This document shows, in pieces, positions 26,701 through 41,700 of a stretch of DNA of 64,000 nucleotides. Under the pieces are notes generated by a model. It ran no database searches, was not told the DNA's origin, and saw nothing but the letters and a program-made list of their open reading frames with translations. Each line of letters starts with the position of its first letter. Positions within the stretch are counted from its first letter, which is position 1. The translations under genes were made by a program, and so were the position numbers. The stretch is from Eledone cirrhosa. Lineage: Eukaryota. The stretch covers positions 12,090,001 through 12,154,000 of the forward strand of contig OZ024740.1 of the NCBI GenBank assembly GCA_964016885.1, in the 5' to 3' direction.

Positions 26701-29700
26701 GTCAATATTGACCTGTCTAACCCTTGTTAGCCCAACTCCAGTACTGACTGGGTCGATATAGACCTGTCTAACCCTTGTGAGCCCTACTCCAGTACTCACT
26801 TAGTCTATGTAGACCTGTCTAACCCTTGTTAGGCTTACTTCTGTACTGACTTAGTCTATGTAGACCTTTATAACCCTTGTTAGCCCTTCTCCAGTACAGT
26901 CTTAGTGTATGTAGACCTGTCTAACCCGTGTTAGCCCTACTTCAGTACTGACTTAGTCTATGTAGACCTGTCTAACCCTTGTTACCTCTACTTCAGTATT
27001 GACTTAGTCTATGTAGACCTGTCTAACCCTTGTTAGCTCTACTTCAGTACTGACTTAGTCTATGTAGACCTGTCTAACCCTTGTTAGCCCTACTCCAGTA
27101 CTGACTGGGTCGATATAGACCTGTCTAACCCTTGTTAGCCCTACTTCAGTACTGACTTAGTCTATGTAGACCTGTATAACACTTGTTAGCCCTACTTCAG
27201 TACTGACGTGGTCTATGTAGACCTGTCCAACCCTTGTTAGCCCTACTCCAGTACAGACTTAGTGTATGTAGACCTGTCTAACCCTTGTTAGCCCTACTTC
27301 AGTAATGACTTAGTCTATGTAGACCTGTCTAACCCTTGTTAGCCCTACTTCAGTACCGACTTAGTCTATGTAGACCTGTCCAACCCTTGTTAGCTCTACT
27401 TCAGTACTGACCTGGTCTATGTAGACCTGTCTAACCCTTGTTAGTCTACTCCAGTACTGACTTACTCTATGTAGATCTGTCTAAACCTTGTTAGCCCTAC
27501 TCCAGTACTGACTTAGTCTATGTAGACCTGTCTAACCCTTGTTAGCTCTACTTCAGTACTGACTTAGTCTATGTAAACCTGCCTAAGCCTTGTTAGCCCT
27601 ACCCCAGTACTGACTGGGTCGATATAGACCTGTCTAACCCTTGTTAGCCCTACTTCAGAACTGACTTAGTCTATGTAGACCTGTATAACCTTTGTTAGCC
27701 CTAGTTCAGTACTGACCTGGTCTATGTAAACCTGTATAACCCTTGTTAGCCCTACTTCAGCACTGACCTGATCTACGTTGACCTGTATAACCCTTGTTAG
27801 CCCTACTTCAGTAGTGACATAGTCTATGTAGTCCTGTCTAACCCTTGCTAGCCCTACTTCAGTACTGACGTGGTCTATGTAGACCTGTCAAACCCTTGTG
27901 AGCCCTACTCCAGTATTCACTTAGTCTATGTAGACCTGTCTTACCCTTGTTAGCCTTACTTCTGTACTGACTTAGTCTATGTAGACCTGTATAACCCTTG
28001 TTAGCCCTACTCCAGTACTGACTTAGTCTATGTAGACCTATCTAATTCTTGTTAGCCTTACTTCAATACTGACTTAGTATATGTAGACCTGACTAACGCT
28101 TGTTAGCCCTACTTCAGTACAGACTTAGTGTATGTAGACCTGTCTAACCCTTGTTAGCCCTACTTCAGTACTGACTTAGTCTATGTAGACCTGTCTAACC
28201 CTTGTTAGCCCTACTTCAGTACTGACTTAGTCTATGTAAACCTGTCTAACCCTTGTTAGACCTACTTCAGTACTGACCTGGTCTATGTAGGCCTGTCTAA
28301 CCCTTGTTTACCCTACTCCAGTACTGACTTAGTCTATGTAGACCTGTGTAACCCTTGTTAGCCCTACTCCAGTACTCACTTACTCTATGTAGACCTGTCT
28401 AACACTTGTCAGTCCTACTTGAGTACTGACTTAGTCATGTAGACTTGTATCACCCTTGTTAGCCCTACTTCAGTACTGACTTAGTCTATGTAGACCTGTA
28501 TAACCCTTGTTAGCCCTACTTCAGTACTGACTTAGTCTATGTAGACCTGTCTAACCCTTGTTAGCCCTACTTCAGTACTGACCTGGTCAATGTAGACCTG
28601 TCTAACCCGTGTTAGCCCTACTTCAGTACTGACTTAGTCTATGTAGACCTGTCTAACCCATGCTAGCTCTACTTCAGTACTGACTTAGTCTATGTAGACC
28701 TGTCTAACCCTTGTTAGGCCTTCTTCAGTACTGACCTGGTCTATGTAGACCTGTCTAACCCTTGTTAACCCTACTTAAGTACTGACTTAATCTATGTAGA
28801 CATGTCTAACCCTTGCTAGCCCTTCTTCAGTACTGACTTAGTCTATGTAGACCTGTCTAAGCCTTGTAAGCCCAACTTCACTACTGACTTAGTCTATGTA
28901 GACCTGTCTAACCATTGTTAGCCCTACTTCAGTACTGACCTGGTCTATGTAGATGTGTCTAACCCATGTTAGTCTACTCCAGTACTGACTTAGTCTATGT
29001 AGACCTGTCTAACACTTGTTAGGCCTACTCCAGTACTGACTTAGTCTATGCGGACCTGTCTAACCCTTGTTAGCTCTACTTCAGTACTGACTTAGTATAT
29101 GTAAACCTGTATAACCCTTGTTAGCCCTACTTCAGTACTGACCTGGTCTATGTAGACCTGTATAACCCTTGTTAGCCCTACTTCAGTACTGACCTGGTTA
29201 TGTAGACCTGTCTAACCCTTGTTAGCCCTACTTCAGTAATGACATAGTCTATGTAGTCCTGTCTAACCCTTGTTAATCCCTACTTCAGTACTGACGTGGT
29301 CTATGTAGACATGTCTAACCCTTGTTTGCCTACTTCAGTACTGACTTAGTCTATGTAGACCTGTCTAACCCTTGTTAGCCCTACTCCAGTACTGACTGGG
29401 TCGATATAGACCTGTCTAACCCTTGTTAGCCCTACTTCAGTACTGACATAGTCTATGTAGACCTGTCTAACCCTTGTTAGCCCTTCTTTAGTACTGACCT
29501 GGTCTATGTAGACCTGTCTAACCCTTGTAAGCCCTACTCCAGTACTGACTTATTCTATGTAGACCTGTCTAACCCTTGTTAGCCCTACTCCAGTACAGAC
29601 TTAGTCTATGTAGACCTGTCTAACCCTTGTTAGCCCTACTTCAGTACTGACATAGTCTATGTAGACCTGTATAACCCTTGTTAGCCCTACTTCAGTACTG

Positions 29701-32700
29701 ACTTAGTCTATGTGCACCTGTCTAAACCTTGTTAACCCCACTCCAGTACTGACGTGGTCTATGGAGACCTGTCTAACCATTGTTACCCCTACTTCAGTAT
29801 TAACTTAGTCTATGTAGACCTGTCTAACAATTGTTAGCCGTACTTCAGTATTGACCTGGTCTGTGTAGACCTGTCTAACCCTTGTTAACCCCACTCCAGT
29901 ACTGACTTAGTGTATGTAGACCTGTCTAAACCTTGTTAGCACTACTCCAGTACTGACTGGGTCGATATAGACCTGTCTAACCCTTGTTAGCCCTACTCCA
30001 GTAATGACTGGGTCGATATAGACCTGTCTAACCCTTGTAAGCCCTACTTCAGTACTGACTTAGTCTATGTAGACCTGTCTAACCCTTGTTAGCCCTACTC
30101 CAGTAACGGCTGGGTCGATATAGACCTGTCTAACACTTGTTAGCCCTACTTCAGTACTGACTTAGTCTATGTAAACCTGTATAACCCTTGTTAGCCCTAC
30201 TTCAGTACTGACCAGGTCTATGTAGACCTGTATAACACTTGATAGCCCTACTTCAGTACTGACCTGGTTATGTAGACCTGTCTAACCCTTGTTAGCCCTA
30301 CTTCAGTAGTGACATAGTCTATGTAGTCCTGTCTAACCCTTGTTAATCCCTACTTCAGTACTGACGTGGTCTATGTAGACATGTCTAACCCTTGTTTGCC
30401 TACTTCAGTACTGACTTAGTCTATGTAGACTTGTCTAACCCTTGTTAGCCCTACTCCAGTACTGACTGGGTCGATATAGACCTGTCTAACCCTTGTTAGC
30501 CCTTCTTTAGTACTGACCTGGTCTATGTAGACCTGACTAAACCTTGTAAGCCCTACTTCAGTACTGACTTAGTCTATGTAGACCTGTCTAACCCTTGTTA
30601 GCCCTACTTCAGTACTGACCTGGTCAATTTAGACCTGTCTAACCCGTGTTAGCCCTACTTCAGTACTGACTTAATCTATGTAGACCTATCTAACTCTTGC
30701 TAGCTCTACTTCAGTACTGACTTAGTCTATGTAGACCTGTCTAACCCTTGTTAGGCCTTCTTCAGTACTGACGTGGTCTTTGTAGACCTGTCTAACCCTT
30801 GTTAGCCCTACTCCAGTACTGACTGGGTCGATATAGACTGTCTAACCCTTGTAAGCCCTACTTCAGTACTGACTTAGTCTATGTAGACCTGTCTAACCCT
30901 TGTTAGCCCTACTCCAGTAACGGCTGGGTCGATATAGACCTGTCTAACCCTTGTTAGCCCTACTTCAGAACAGACTTAGTGTATGTAGACCTGTCTAACC
31001 CTTGTTAGCCCTACTTCAGTACTGACTTAGTCTATGTAGACCTGTCTAACCCTTGTTAGCCCTACTTCAGTACTGACTTAGTCTATGTAAACCTGTCTAA
31101 CCCTTGTTAGCCCTACTTCAGTACTGACCTGGTCTATGTAGATTTGTCTAACCCTTGTTAGTCTACTCCAGTATTGACTTAGTCTATGTAGACCTGTCTA
31201 ACCCTTGTTAGGCCTACTCCAGTACTGACTTAGTCTATGCGGACCTGTCTAACCCTTGTTAGCCCTACTCCAGTAACGGCTGGGTCGATATAGACCTGTC
31301 TAACCCTTGTTAGCCCTACTTCAGTACAGACTTAGTGTATGTAGACCTGTCTAACCCTTGTTAGCCCTACTTCAGTACTGACTTAGTCTATGTAGACCTG
31401 TCTAACCCTTGTTAGCCCTACTTCAGTACTGACTTAGTCTATGTAAACCTGTCTAACCCTTGTTAGCCCTACTTCAGTACTGACCTGGTCTATGTAGGCC
31501 TGTCTAACCCTTGTTAACCCTACTCCAGTACTGACTTAGTCTATGTAGACATGTGTAACCCTTGTTAGCCCTACTCCAGTACTCACTTCCTCTATGTAGA
31601 CCTGTCTAACACTTGTCAGCCCTACTTGAGTACTGACTTAGTCATGTAGACTTGTATCACCCATGTTAGCCCTACTTCAGTACTGACTTAGTCTATGTAG
31701 ACCTGTCTAACCCTTGCTAGCTCTACTTCAGTACTGACTTAATCTATGTAGACATGTCTAACCCTTGCTAGCCCTTCTTCAGTACTGACTTAGTCTATGT
31801 AGACCTGTCTAAGCCTTGTTAGCCATACTCCAGTACTGACTGGGTCGATATAGACCTGTCTAACCCTTGTAAGCCCAACTTCACTACTGACTTAGTCTAT
31901 GTAGACCTGTCTAACCATTGTTAGCCTTACTTCAGTACTGACCTGGTCTATGTAGATTTGTCTAACCCTTGTTAGTCTACTCCAGTACTGACTTAGTCTA
32001 TGTAGACCTGTCTAACCTTTGTTAGGCCTACTCCAGTACTGACTTAGTCTATGCGGACCTGTCTAACACTTGTTAGCTCTACTTCAGTACTGACTTAGTC
32101 TATGTAGACCTGTCTAACCCTTGTTAGCCCTACTCCAGTACTGACTGGGTCGATATAGACCTGTCTAACCCTTGTAAGCCCTACTTCAGTACTGACTTAT
32201 TCTATGTAGACCTGTCTAACCCTTGTTAGCCCTACTCCAGTACAGACTTAGTCTATGTAGACCTGTCTAACCCTTGTTAGCCCTACTTCAGTACTGACAT
32301 ACTCTATGTAGACCTGTATAACCCTTGTTAGCCCTACTTCAGTACTGACTTAGTCTATGTGCACCTGTCTAAACCTTGTTAACCCCACTCCAGTACTGAC
32401 GTGGTCTATGGAGACCTGTCTAACCATTGTTACCCCTACTTCAGTATTAACATAGTCTATGCGGACCTGTCTACTCCAGTACTGACTTAGTCTATGTAGA
32501 CCTGTCTAACCTTTGTTAGGCCTACTCCAGTACTGACTTAGTCTATGCGGACCTGTCTAACACTTGTTAGCTCTACTTCAGTACTGACTTAGTCTATGTA
32601 GACATGTCTAAACCTTGTTAGCACTACTCCAGTACTGACTGGGTCGATATAGACCTGTCTAACCCTTGTTAGCCCTACTCCAGTACTGACTGGGTCGATA

Positions 32701-35700
32701 TAGACCTGTCTAACCCTTGTAAGCCCTACTTCAGTACTGACTTAGTCTATGTAGACCTGTCTAACCCTTGTTAGCCCTACTCCAGTAACGGCTGGGTCGA
32801 TATAGACCTGTCTAACACTTGTTAGCCCTACTTCAGTACTGACTTAGTCTATGTAAACCTGTATAACCCTTGTTAGCCATACTTCAGTATTGACCAGGTC
32901 TATGTAGACCTGTATAACACTTGTTAGCCCTACTTCAGTACTGACCTGGTTATGTAGACCTGTCTAACCCTTGTTAGCCCTACTTCAGTAGTGACATAGT
33001 CTATGTAGTCCTGTCTAACCCTTGTTAATCCCTACTTCAGTACTGACGTGGTCTATGTAGACATGTCTAACCCTTGTTTGCCTACTTCAGTACTGACTTA
33101 GTCTATGTAGACCTGTCTAACCCTTGTTAGCCCTACTCCAGTACTGACTGGGTCGATATAGACCTGTCTAACCCTTGTTAGCCCTACTTCAGTACTGACT
33201 TAGTCTATGTAGACCTGTCTAACCCTTGTTAGCCCTTCTTTAGTACTGACCTGGTCTATGTAGACCTGTCTAAACCTTGTAAGCCCTACTTCAGTACTGA
33301 CTTAGTCTATGTAGACCTGTCTAACCCTTGTTAGCCCTACTCCAGTAACGGCTGGGTCGATATAGACCTGTCTAACCCTTGTTAGCCCTACTTCAGAACA
33401 GACTTAGTGTATGTAGACCTGTCTAACCCTTGTTAGCCCTACTTCAGTACTGACTTAGTCTATGTAGACCTGTCTAACCCTTGTTAGCCCTACTTCAGTA
33501 CTGACTTAGTCTATGTAAACCTGTCTAACCCTTGTTAGCCCTACTTCAGTACTGACCTGGTCTATGTAGATTTGTCTAACCCTTGTTAGTCTACTCCAGT
33601 ATTGACTTAGTCTATGTAGACCTGTCTAACCCTTGTTAGGCCTACTCCAGTACTGACTTAGTCTATGCGGACCTGTCTAACCCTTGTTAGCCCTACTCCA
33701 GTAACGGCTGGGTCGATATATACCTGTCTAACCCTTGTTAGCCCTACTTCAGTACAGACTTAGTGTATGTAGACCTGTCTAACCCTTGTTAGCCCTACTT
33801 CAGTACTGACTTAGTCTATGTAGACCTGTCTAACCCTTGTTAGCCCTACTTCAGTACTGACTTAGTCTATGTAGACCTGTCTAACCCTTGTTAGCCCTAC
33901 TTCAGTACTGACTTAGTCTATGTAAACCTGTCTAACCCTTGTTAGCCCTACTTCAGTACTGACCTGGTCTATGTAGGCCTGTCTAACCCTTGTTAACCCT
34001 ACTTCAGTACTGACTTAGTCTATGTAGACCTGTGTAACCCTTGTTAGCCCTACTCCAGTACTCAGTTACTCTATGTAGACCTGTCTAACACTTGTCAGCC
34101 CTACTTGAGTACTGACTTAGTCATGTAGACTTGTATCACCCATGTTAGCCCTACTTCAGTACTGACTTAGTCTATGTAGACCTGTCTAACCCGTGTTAGC
34201 CCTACTTCAGTACTGACTTAGTCTATGTAGACCTGTCTAACCCTTGCTAGCTCTACTTCAGTACTGACTTAATCTATGTAGACATGTCTAACCCTTGCTA
34301 GCCCTTCTTCAGTACTGACTTAGTCTATGTAGACCTGTCTAAGCCTTGTTAGCCATACTCCAGTACTGACTGGGTCGATATAGACCTGTCTAACCCTTGT
34401 AAGCCCAACTTCACTACTGACTTAGTCTATGTAGACCTGTCTAACCATTGTTAGCCTTACTTCAGTACTGACCTGGTCTATGTAGATTTGTCTAACCCTT
34501 GTTAGTCTACTCCAGTACTGACTTAGTCTATGTAGACCTGTCTAACCTTTGTTAGGCCTACTCCAGTACTGACTTAGTCTATGCGGACCTGTCTAACACT
34601 TGTTAGCTCTACTTCAGTACTGACTTAGTCTATGTAGACCTGTCTAACCCTTGTTTGCCCTACTCCAGTACTGACTGGGTCGATATAGACCTGTCTAACC
34701 CTTGTAAGCCCTACTTCAGTACTGACTTAGTCTATGTAGACCTGTCTAACCCTTGTTAGCCCTACTCCAGTAACGGCTGGGTCGATATAGACCTGTCTAA
34801 CACTTGTTAGCCCTACTTCAGTACTGACTTAGTCTATGTAAACCTGTATAACCCTTGTTAGCCCTACTTCAGTACTGACCTGCTCTATGTAGACCTGTAT
34901 AACCCTTGTTAGCCCTACTTCAGTACTGACCTGTTTATGTAGACCTGTCTAACCCTTGTTAGCCTTACTTCAGTAGTGACATAGTCTATGTAGTCCTGTC
35001 TAACCCTTGTTAATCCCTACTTCAGTACTGACGTGGTCTATGTAGACATGTCTAACCCTTGTTTGCCTACTCCAGTACTGACTGGGTCGATATAGACCTG
35101 TCTAACCCTTGTTAGCCCTACTTCAGTATTGACTTAGTCTATGTAGACCTGTCTAACCCTTGTTAGCCCTTCTTTAGTACTGACCTGGTCAATGTAGACC
35201 TGTCTAACCCTTGTAAGCCCTACTCCAGTACTGACTTATTCTATGTAGACCTGTCTAACCCTTGTTAGCCCTACTCCAGTACAGACTTAATCTATGTAGA
35301 CCTGTCTAACCCTTGTTAGCCCTACTTCAGTACTGACGTTGTCTATGTAGACCTGACTAACCCTTGTTAGCCCTACTTCAGTACTGACTTAGTCTATGTG
35401 CACCTGTCTAAACCTTGTTAACCCCACTCCAGTACTGACGTGGTCTGTGTAGACCTGTCTAACCCTTGTTAGCCCTACTTCAGTACTGACTTAGTCTATG
35501 TAGACCTGTCTAACCCTTGTTAGCCCTACTTCAGTACTGACTTAGTCTATGTAGACCTGTCTAACCCTTGTTAGCCCTACTTCAGTACTGACTTAGTCTA
35601 TGTAAACCTGTCTAACCCTTGTTAGCCCTACTTCAGTACTGACCTGGTCTATGTAGGCCTGTCTAACCCTTGTTAACCCTACTCCAGTACTGACTTAGTC

Positions 35701-38700
35701 TATGTAGACCTGTCTAACCATTGTTAGCCCTACTTCAGTACTGACCTGGTCTATGTAGATGTGTCTAACCCATGTTAGTCTACTCCAGTACTGACTTAGT
35801 CTATGCGAACCTGTCTAACCCTTGTTAGCTCTACTTCAGTACTGACTTAGTATATGTAGACCTGTCTAACCCTTGTTAGCCCTACTCCAGTACTGACTGG
35901 GTCGATATAGACCTGTCTAACCCTTGTAAGCCCTACTTCAGTACTGACTTAGTCTATGTAGACCTGTCTAACCCTTGTTAGCCCTACTCCAGTAACGGCT
36001 GGGTCGATATAGACCTTTCTAACCCTTGTTAGCCCTACTTCAGAACTGACTTAGTCTATGTAAACCTGTATAACCCTTGTTAGCCCTACTTCAGTACTGA
36101 CCTGGTCTATGTAGACCTGTATAACACTTGTTAGCCCTACTTCAGTACTGACCTGGTTATGTAGACCTGTCTACCCCTTGTTAGCCCTACTTCAGTAGTG
36201 ACATAGTCTATGTAGTCCTGTCTCACCCTTGTTAATCCCTACTTCAGTACTGACGTGGTCTATGTAGACATGTCTAATCCTTGTTTGCCTACTTCAATAC
36301 TGACTTAGTCTATGTAGACCTGTCTAACCCTTGTTAGCCCTACTCCAGTACTGACTGGGTCGATATAGACCTGTCTAACCCTTGTTAGCCCTACTTCAGT
36401 ACTGACTTAGTCTATGTAGACCTGTCTAACCCTTGTTAGCCCTTCTTTAGTACTGACCTGGTCTATGTAGACCTGTCTAACCCTTGTAAGCCCTACTCCA
36501 GTACTGACTTATTCTATGTAGACCTGTCTAACCCTTGTTTCCCTACTTCAGTATTAACTTAGTCTATGTAGACCTGTCTAACAATTGTTAGCCGTACTTC
36601 AGTATTGACCTGGTCTGTGTAGACCTGTCTAACCCTTGTTAACCCCACTCCAGTACTGACTTAGTCTATGTAGACCTGTCTAACCCTTGTTAGCCTACTC
36701 CAGTAATGACTTAGTCTATGTAGACCTTTCTAACCCTTGTTAGCCCTACTCCAGTACTGACTTAGTCTATGTAGACATGTCTAACCCTTGTTAGCTCTAC
36801 TTCAGTACTGACTTAGTCTATGTAGACCTGTCTAACCCTTGTTAGCCCTACTTCAGTATTGACTTAGTCTATGTAGACCTGTCTAACCCTTGTTAGCCCT
36901 ACTCCAGTACTGACTGGGTCGATATAGACCTGTCTAACCCTTGTTAGCCCTACTCCAGTACTGACTGGGTCGATATAGACCTGTCTAACCCTTGTAAGCC
37001 CTACTTCAGTACTGACTTAGTCTATGTAGACCTGTCTAACCCTTGTTAGCCCTACTCCAGTAACGGCTGGGTCGATATAGACCTGTCTAACACTTGTTAG
37101 GCCTACTTCAGTACTGACTTAGTCTATGTAAACCTGTATAACCCTTGTTAGCCCTACTTCAGTACTGACCTTGTCTATGTAGACCTGTATAACACTTGTT
37201 AGCCCTACTTCAGTACTGACCTGGTTATGTAGACCTGTCTAACCCTTGTTAGGCCTACTCCAGTACTGACTTAGTCTATGCGGACCTGTCTAACCCTTGT
37301 TAGCCCTACTCCAGTAACGGCTGGGTCGATATAGACCTGTCTAACCCTTGTTAGCCCTACTTCAGTACCGACTTAGTGTATGTAGACCTGTCTAACCCTT
37401 GTTAGCCCTACTTCAGTACTGACTTAGTCTATGTAGACCTGTCTAACCCTTGTTAGCCCTACTTCAGTACTGACTTAGTCTATGTAAACCTGTCTAACCC
37501 TTGTTAGCCCTACTTCAGTACTGACCTGGTCTATGTAGGCCTGTCTAACCCTTGTTAACCCTACTCCAGTACTGGCTTAGTCTATGTAGACCTGTGTAAC
37601 CCTTGTTAGCCCTACTCCAGTACTCACTTACTCTATGTAGACCTGTCTAACACTTGTCAGCCCTACTTGAGTACTGACCTAGTCATGTAGACTTGTATCA
37701 CCCTTGTTAGCCCTACTTTAGTACTGACTTATTCTATGTAGACCTGTATAACCCTTATTAGCCCTACTTCAGTACTGACTTAGTCTATGTAGACCTGTCT
37801 AACCCTTGTTAGCCCTACTTCAGTACTGACCTGGTCAATGTAGACCTGTCTAACCCGTGTTAGCCCTACTTCAGTACTGACTTAGTCTATGTAGACCTGT
37901 CTAACCCTTGCTAGCTCTACTTCAGTACTGACTTAGTCTATGTAGACCTGTCTAACCCTTGTTAGGCCTTCTTCAGTACTGACCTGGTCTATGTAGACAT
38001 GTCTAAACCTTGTTAGCCATACTCCAGTACTGACTGGGTCGATATAGATCTGTCTAACCCTTGTTAGCCCTACTTCAGTACTGACTTAGTCTATGTAGAC
38101 CTGTCTAACCCTTGTTAGCCATACTTCAGTACAGACCTGTTCTATGTAGACCTGTCTAACCCTTGTTAGCCTACTCCAGTACTGACTTAGTCTATGTAGA
38201 CCTTTCTAACCCTTGTTAGCCCTACTCCTGTACTGACTTAGTCTATGTAGACATGTCTAACCCTTGTTAGCTCTACTTCAGTACTGACTTAGTCTATGTA
38301 GACCTGTCTAACCCTTGTTAGCCCTACTCCAGTAACGGCTGGGTCGATATAGACCTGTCTAACACTTGTTAGCCCTACTTCAGTACTGACTTAGTCTATG
38401 TAAACCTGTATAACCCTTGTTAGCCCTACTTCAGTACTGACCTGGTCAATTTAGACCTGTCTAACCCGTGTTAGCCCTACTTCAGTACTGACTTAGTCTA
38501 TGTAGACCTATATAACCCTTGCTAGCTCTACTTCAGTACTGACTTAGTCTATGTAGACCTGTCTAACCCTTGTTAGGCCTTCTTCAGTACTGACGTGGTC
38601 TATGTAGACCTGTCTAACCCTTGTTAGCCCTACTCCAGTACTGACTGGGTCGATATAGAACTGTCTAACCCTTGTAAGCCCTACTTCAGTACTGACTTAG

Positions 38701-41700
38701 TCTATGTAGACCTGTCTAACCCTTGTTAGCCCTACTCCAGTAACGGCTGGGTCGATATAGACCTGTCTAACCCTTGTTAGCCCTACTTCAGTACAGACTT
38801 AGTGTATGTAGACCTGTCTAACCCTTGTTAGCCCTACTTCAGTACTGACTTAGTCTATGTAAACCTGTCTAACCATTGTTAGCCCTACTTCAGTACTGAC
38901 TTAGTCTATGTAAACCTGTCTAACCCTTGTTAGCCCTACTTCAGTACTGACCTGGTCTATGTAGATTTGTCTAACCCTTGTTAGTCTACTCCAGTATTGA
39001 CTTAGTCTCTGTAGACCTGTCTAACCCTTGTTAGCTCTACTTCAGTACTGACTTAGTCTATGTAGACCTGTCTAACCCTTGTTAGCCCTACTCCAGTAAC
39101 GGCTGGGTCGATATAGACCTGTCTAACCTTTGTTAGCCCTACTTCAGTACTGACTTAGTCTATGTAAACCTGTATAACCCTTGTTAGCCCTACTTCGGTA
39201 CTGACCTGGTCTATGTAGACCTGTATAAACCTTGTTAGCCCTACTTCAGTACTGACCTGGTTATGTAGACCTGTCTAACCCTTGTTAGCCCTACTTCAGT
39301 AGTGACATAGTCTATGTAGTCCTGTCTAACCCTTGTTAATCCCTACTTCAGTACTGACGTGGTCTATGTAGACATGTCTAACCCTTGTTTGCCTACTTCA
39401 GTACTGACTTAGTCTATGTAGACCTGTCTAACCCTTGTTAGCCCTACTCCAGTACTGACTGGGTCGATATAGACCTGTCTAACCCTTGTTAGCCCTACTT
39501 CAGTACTAACTTAGTCTATGTAGACCTGTCTAACCCTTGTTACCCCTACTTCAGTATTAACTTAGTCTATGTTTACCTGTCTAACACTTGTTAGCCGTAC
39601 TTCAGTATTGACTTGGTCTGTGTAGACCTGTCTAACCCTTGTTAACCCCACTCCAGTACTGACTTAGTCTATGCAGACCTGTCTAAACCTTGTTAGCACT
39701 ACTCCAGTACTGACTGGGCCGATATAGGCCTGTCTAACCCTTGTAAGCCCTACTTCAGTACTGACTTAGTCTATGTAGACCTGTCTAACCCTTGTTAGCC
39801 ATACTTCAGTACAGACCTGTTCTATGTAGACCTGTCTAACCCCTGTTAGCCTACTCCAGTACTGACTTAGTCTATGTAGACCTTTCTAACCCTTGTTAGC
39901 CCTACTCCAGTACTGACTTAGTCTATGTAGACATGTCTAACCCTTGTTAGCCCTACTCCAGTACTGACTGAGTCGATATACACCTGTCTAACCCTTGTTA
40001 GCCCTCCTTCAGTACTGACCTGGTCTATGTAGACCTGTCTAACCCTTGCTAACCCTACATCAGTACTGACTTAGTCTATGTAGACCTGTCTTACCCTCGT
40101 TAGCCCTACTTCAGTACTGACCTGGTCTATGTAGACCTGTCTAACCCTTGTAAGCCCTACTTCAGTACTGACTTAGTATATGTAGACCTGTCTAACCCTT
40201 GTTAGCCTACTCCAGTACTGACTTAGTCTATGTAGACCTGTCTAACCCGATTTAGCTCTACTTCAGTACTGACTTAGTCTATGTAGACCTGTCTAACCCT
40301 CGTTAGACTTACTTCACTACTGACTTAGTCTATGTAGACCTGTCTAACCCTTGTTAGCCCTACTTCAGTACTGACTTAGTCTATGTTGACCTGTCTAACC
40401 CTTGTTAGCCCTACTCCACTGGGTCGATATAGACCTGTCTAACCCTTGCTAGCACTACCTCAGTACTGACTTAGTCTATGTAGACCTTTCTAACCCTTGT
40501 TAGCCCTACTGCAGTACTGACTTAGTCTATATAGACATGTCTAACCCTTGTTAGCCCTACTCCAGTACTGACTGAGTCGATATAGACCCGTCTAACCCTT
40601 GTTAGCCCTCCTTCAGTACTGACCTGGTCTATGTAGACCTGTCTAAGCCTTGCTAACCCTACTTCAGTACTGACTTAGTCTATGTAGACCTGTCTTACCC
40701 TCGTTAGCCCTACTTCAGTACTGACCTGGTCTATGTAGACCTGTGTAACCCTTGTTAGCCCTACTTCAATACTGACCTGGTCTATGTAGACCTGTCTAAC
40801 TCTTGTTAGCCTACGCCAGTACTGATTAATCTATGTAGACCTGTCTAACCCTTGTTAGCCCTACTCTAGTACTGACTTAGTCTATGTAGACCTGTCTAAA
40901 CCTTGTTAACCCTACTTCAGTACTGACTTAGTCTATGTAGACCTGTCTAACCCTTGTTAGCCCTACTTCAGTGCTGACTTAGTCTATGTAGACCTGTCTA
41001 ACCCTTGCTAGCCCTACTTTAGGGTTGACTGGTCAATGTAGACCTGTCTAACCCTTGTTAGCCCTACTTCAGTACTGACTTAGTCTATGTAGACCTGTCT
41101 AACCCTTGTTAGCCCTACTCCAGTACTGACTGGGTCGATATAGACCTGTCTAACCCTTGTTAGCTCTACTTCAGTATTGACTTAGTCTATGTAGACCTGT
41201 ATAACACTTGTTAGCCCTACTTCAGTACTGACCTGGTCTATGTTGACCTGTATAACACTTGTTAGCCCTGCTTCAGTACTGACCTGGTTATGTAGACCTG
41301 TCTAACCCTTGTTAGCCCTACTTCAGTACTGACTTAGTCTATGTAGACCTGTCTAACCCTTGTTAGCCCTACTTCAGTAATGACCTGGTCTATGTTGACC
41401 TGTATAACACTTGTTAGCCCTGTTTCAGTACTGACCTGGTTATGTAGACCTGTCTAACCCTTGTTAGCCCTACTTCATTACTGACTTAGTCTATGTAGAC
41501 CTGTCTAACCCTTGTTAGCCCTACTTCAGTAATGACCTGGTCTATGTAGACCTGTCTAACCCTTGTTAGCCTACTCCAGTACTGACTTAATCTATGTAGA
41601 CCTCTCTAACCCTTGTTAGACCTACTTCAGTACTGACTGGGTCGATATAGCCCTGTCTAACACTTGTTAGCTCTACTTCAGTACTTACTTAGTCTATGTA

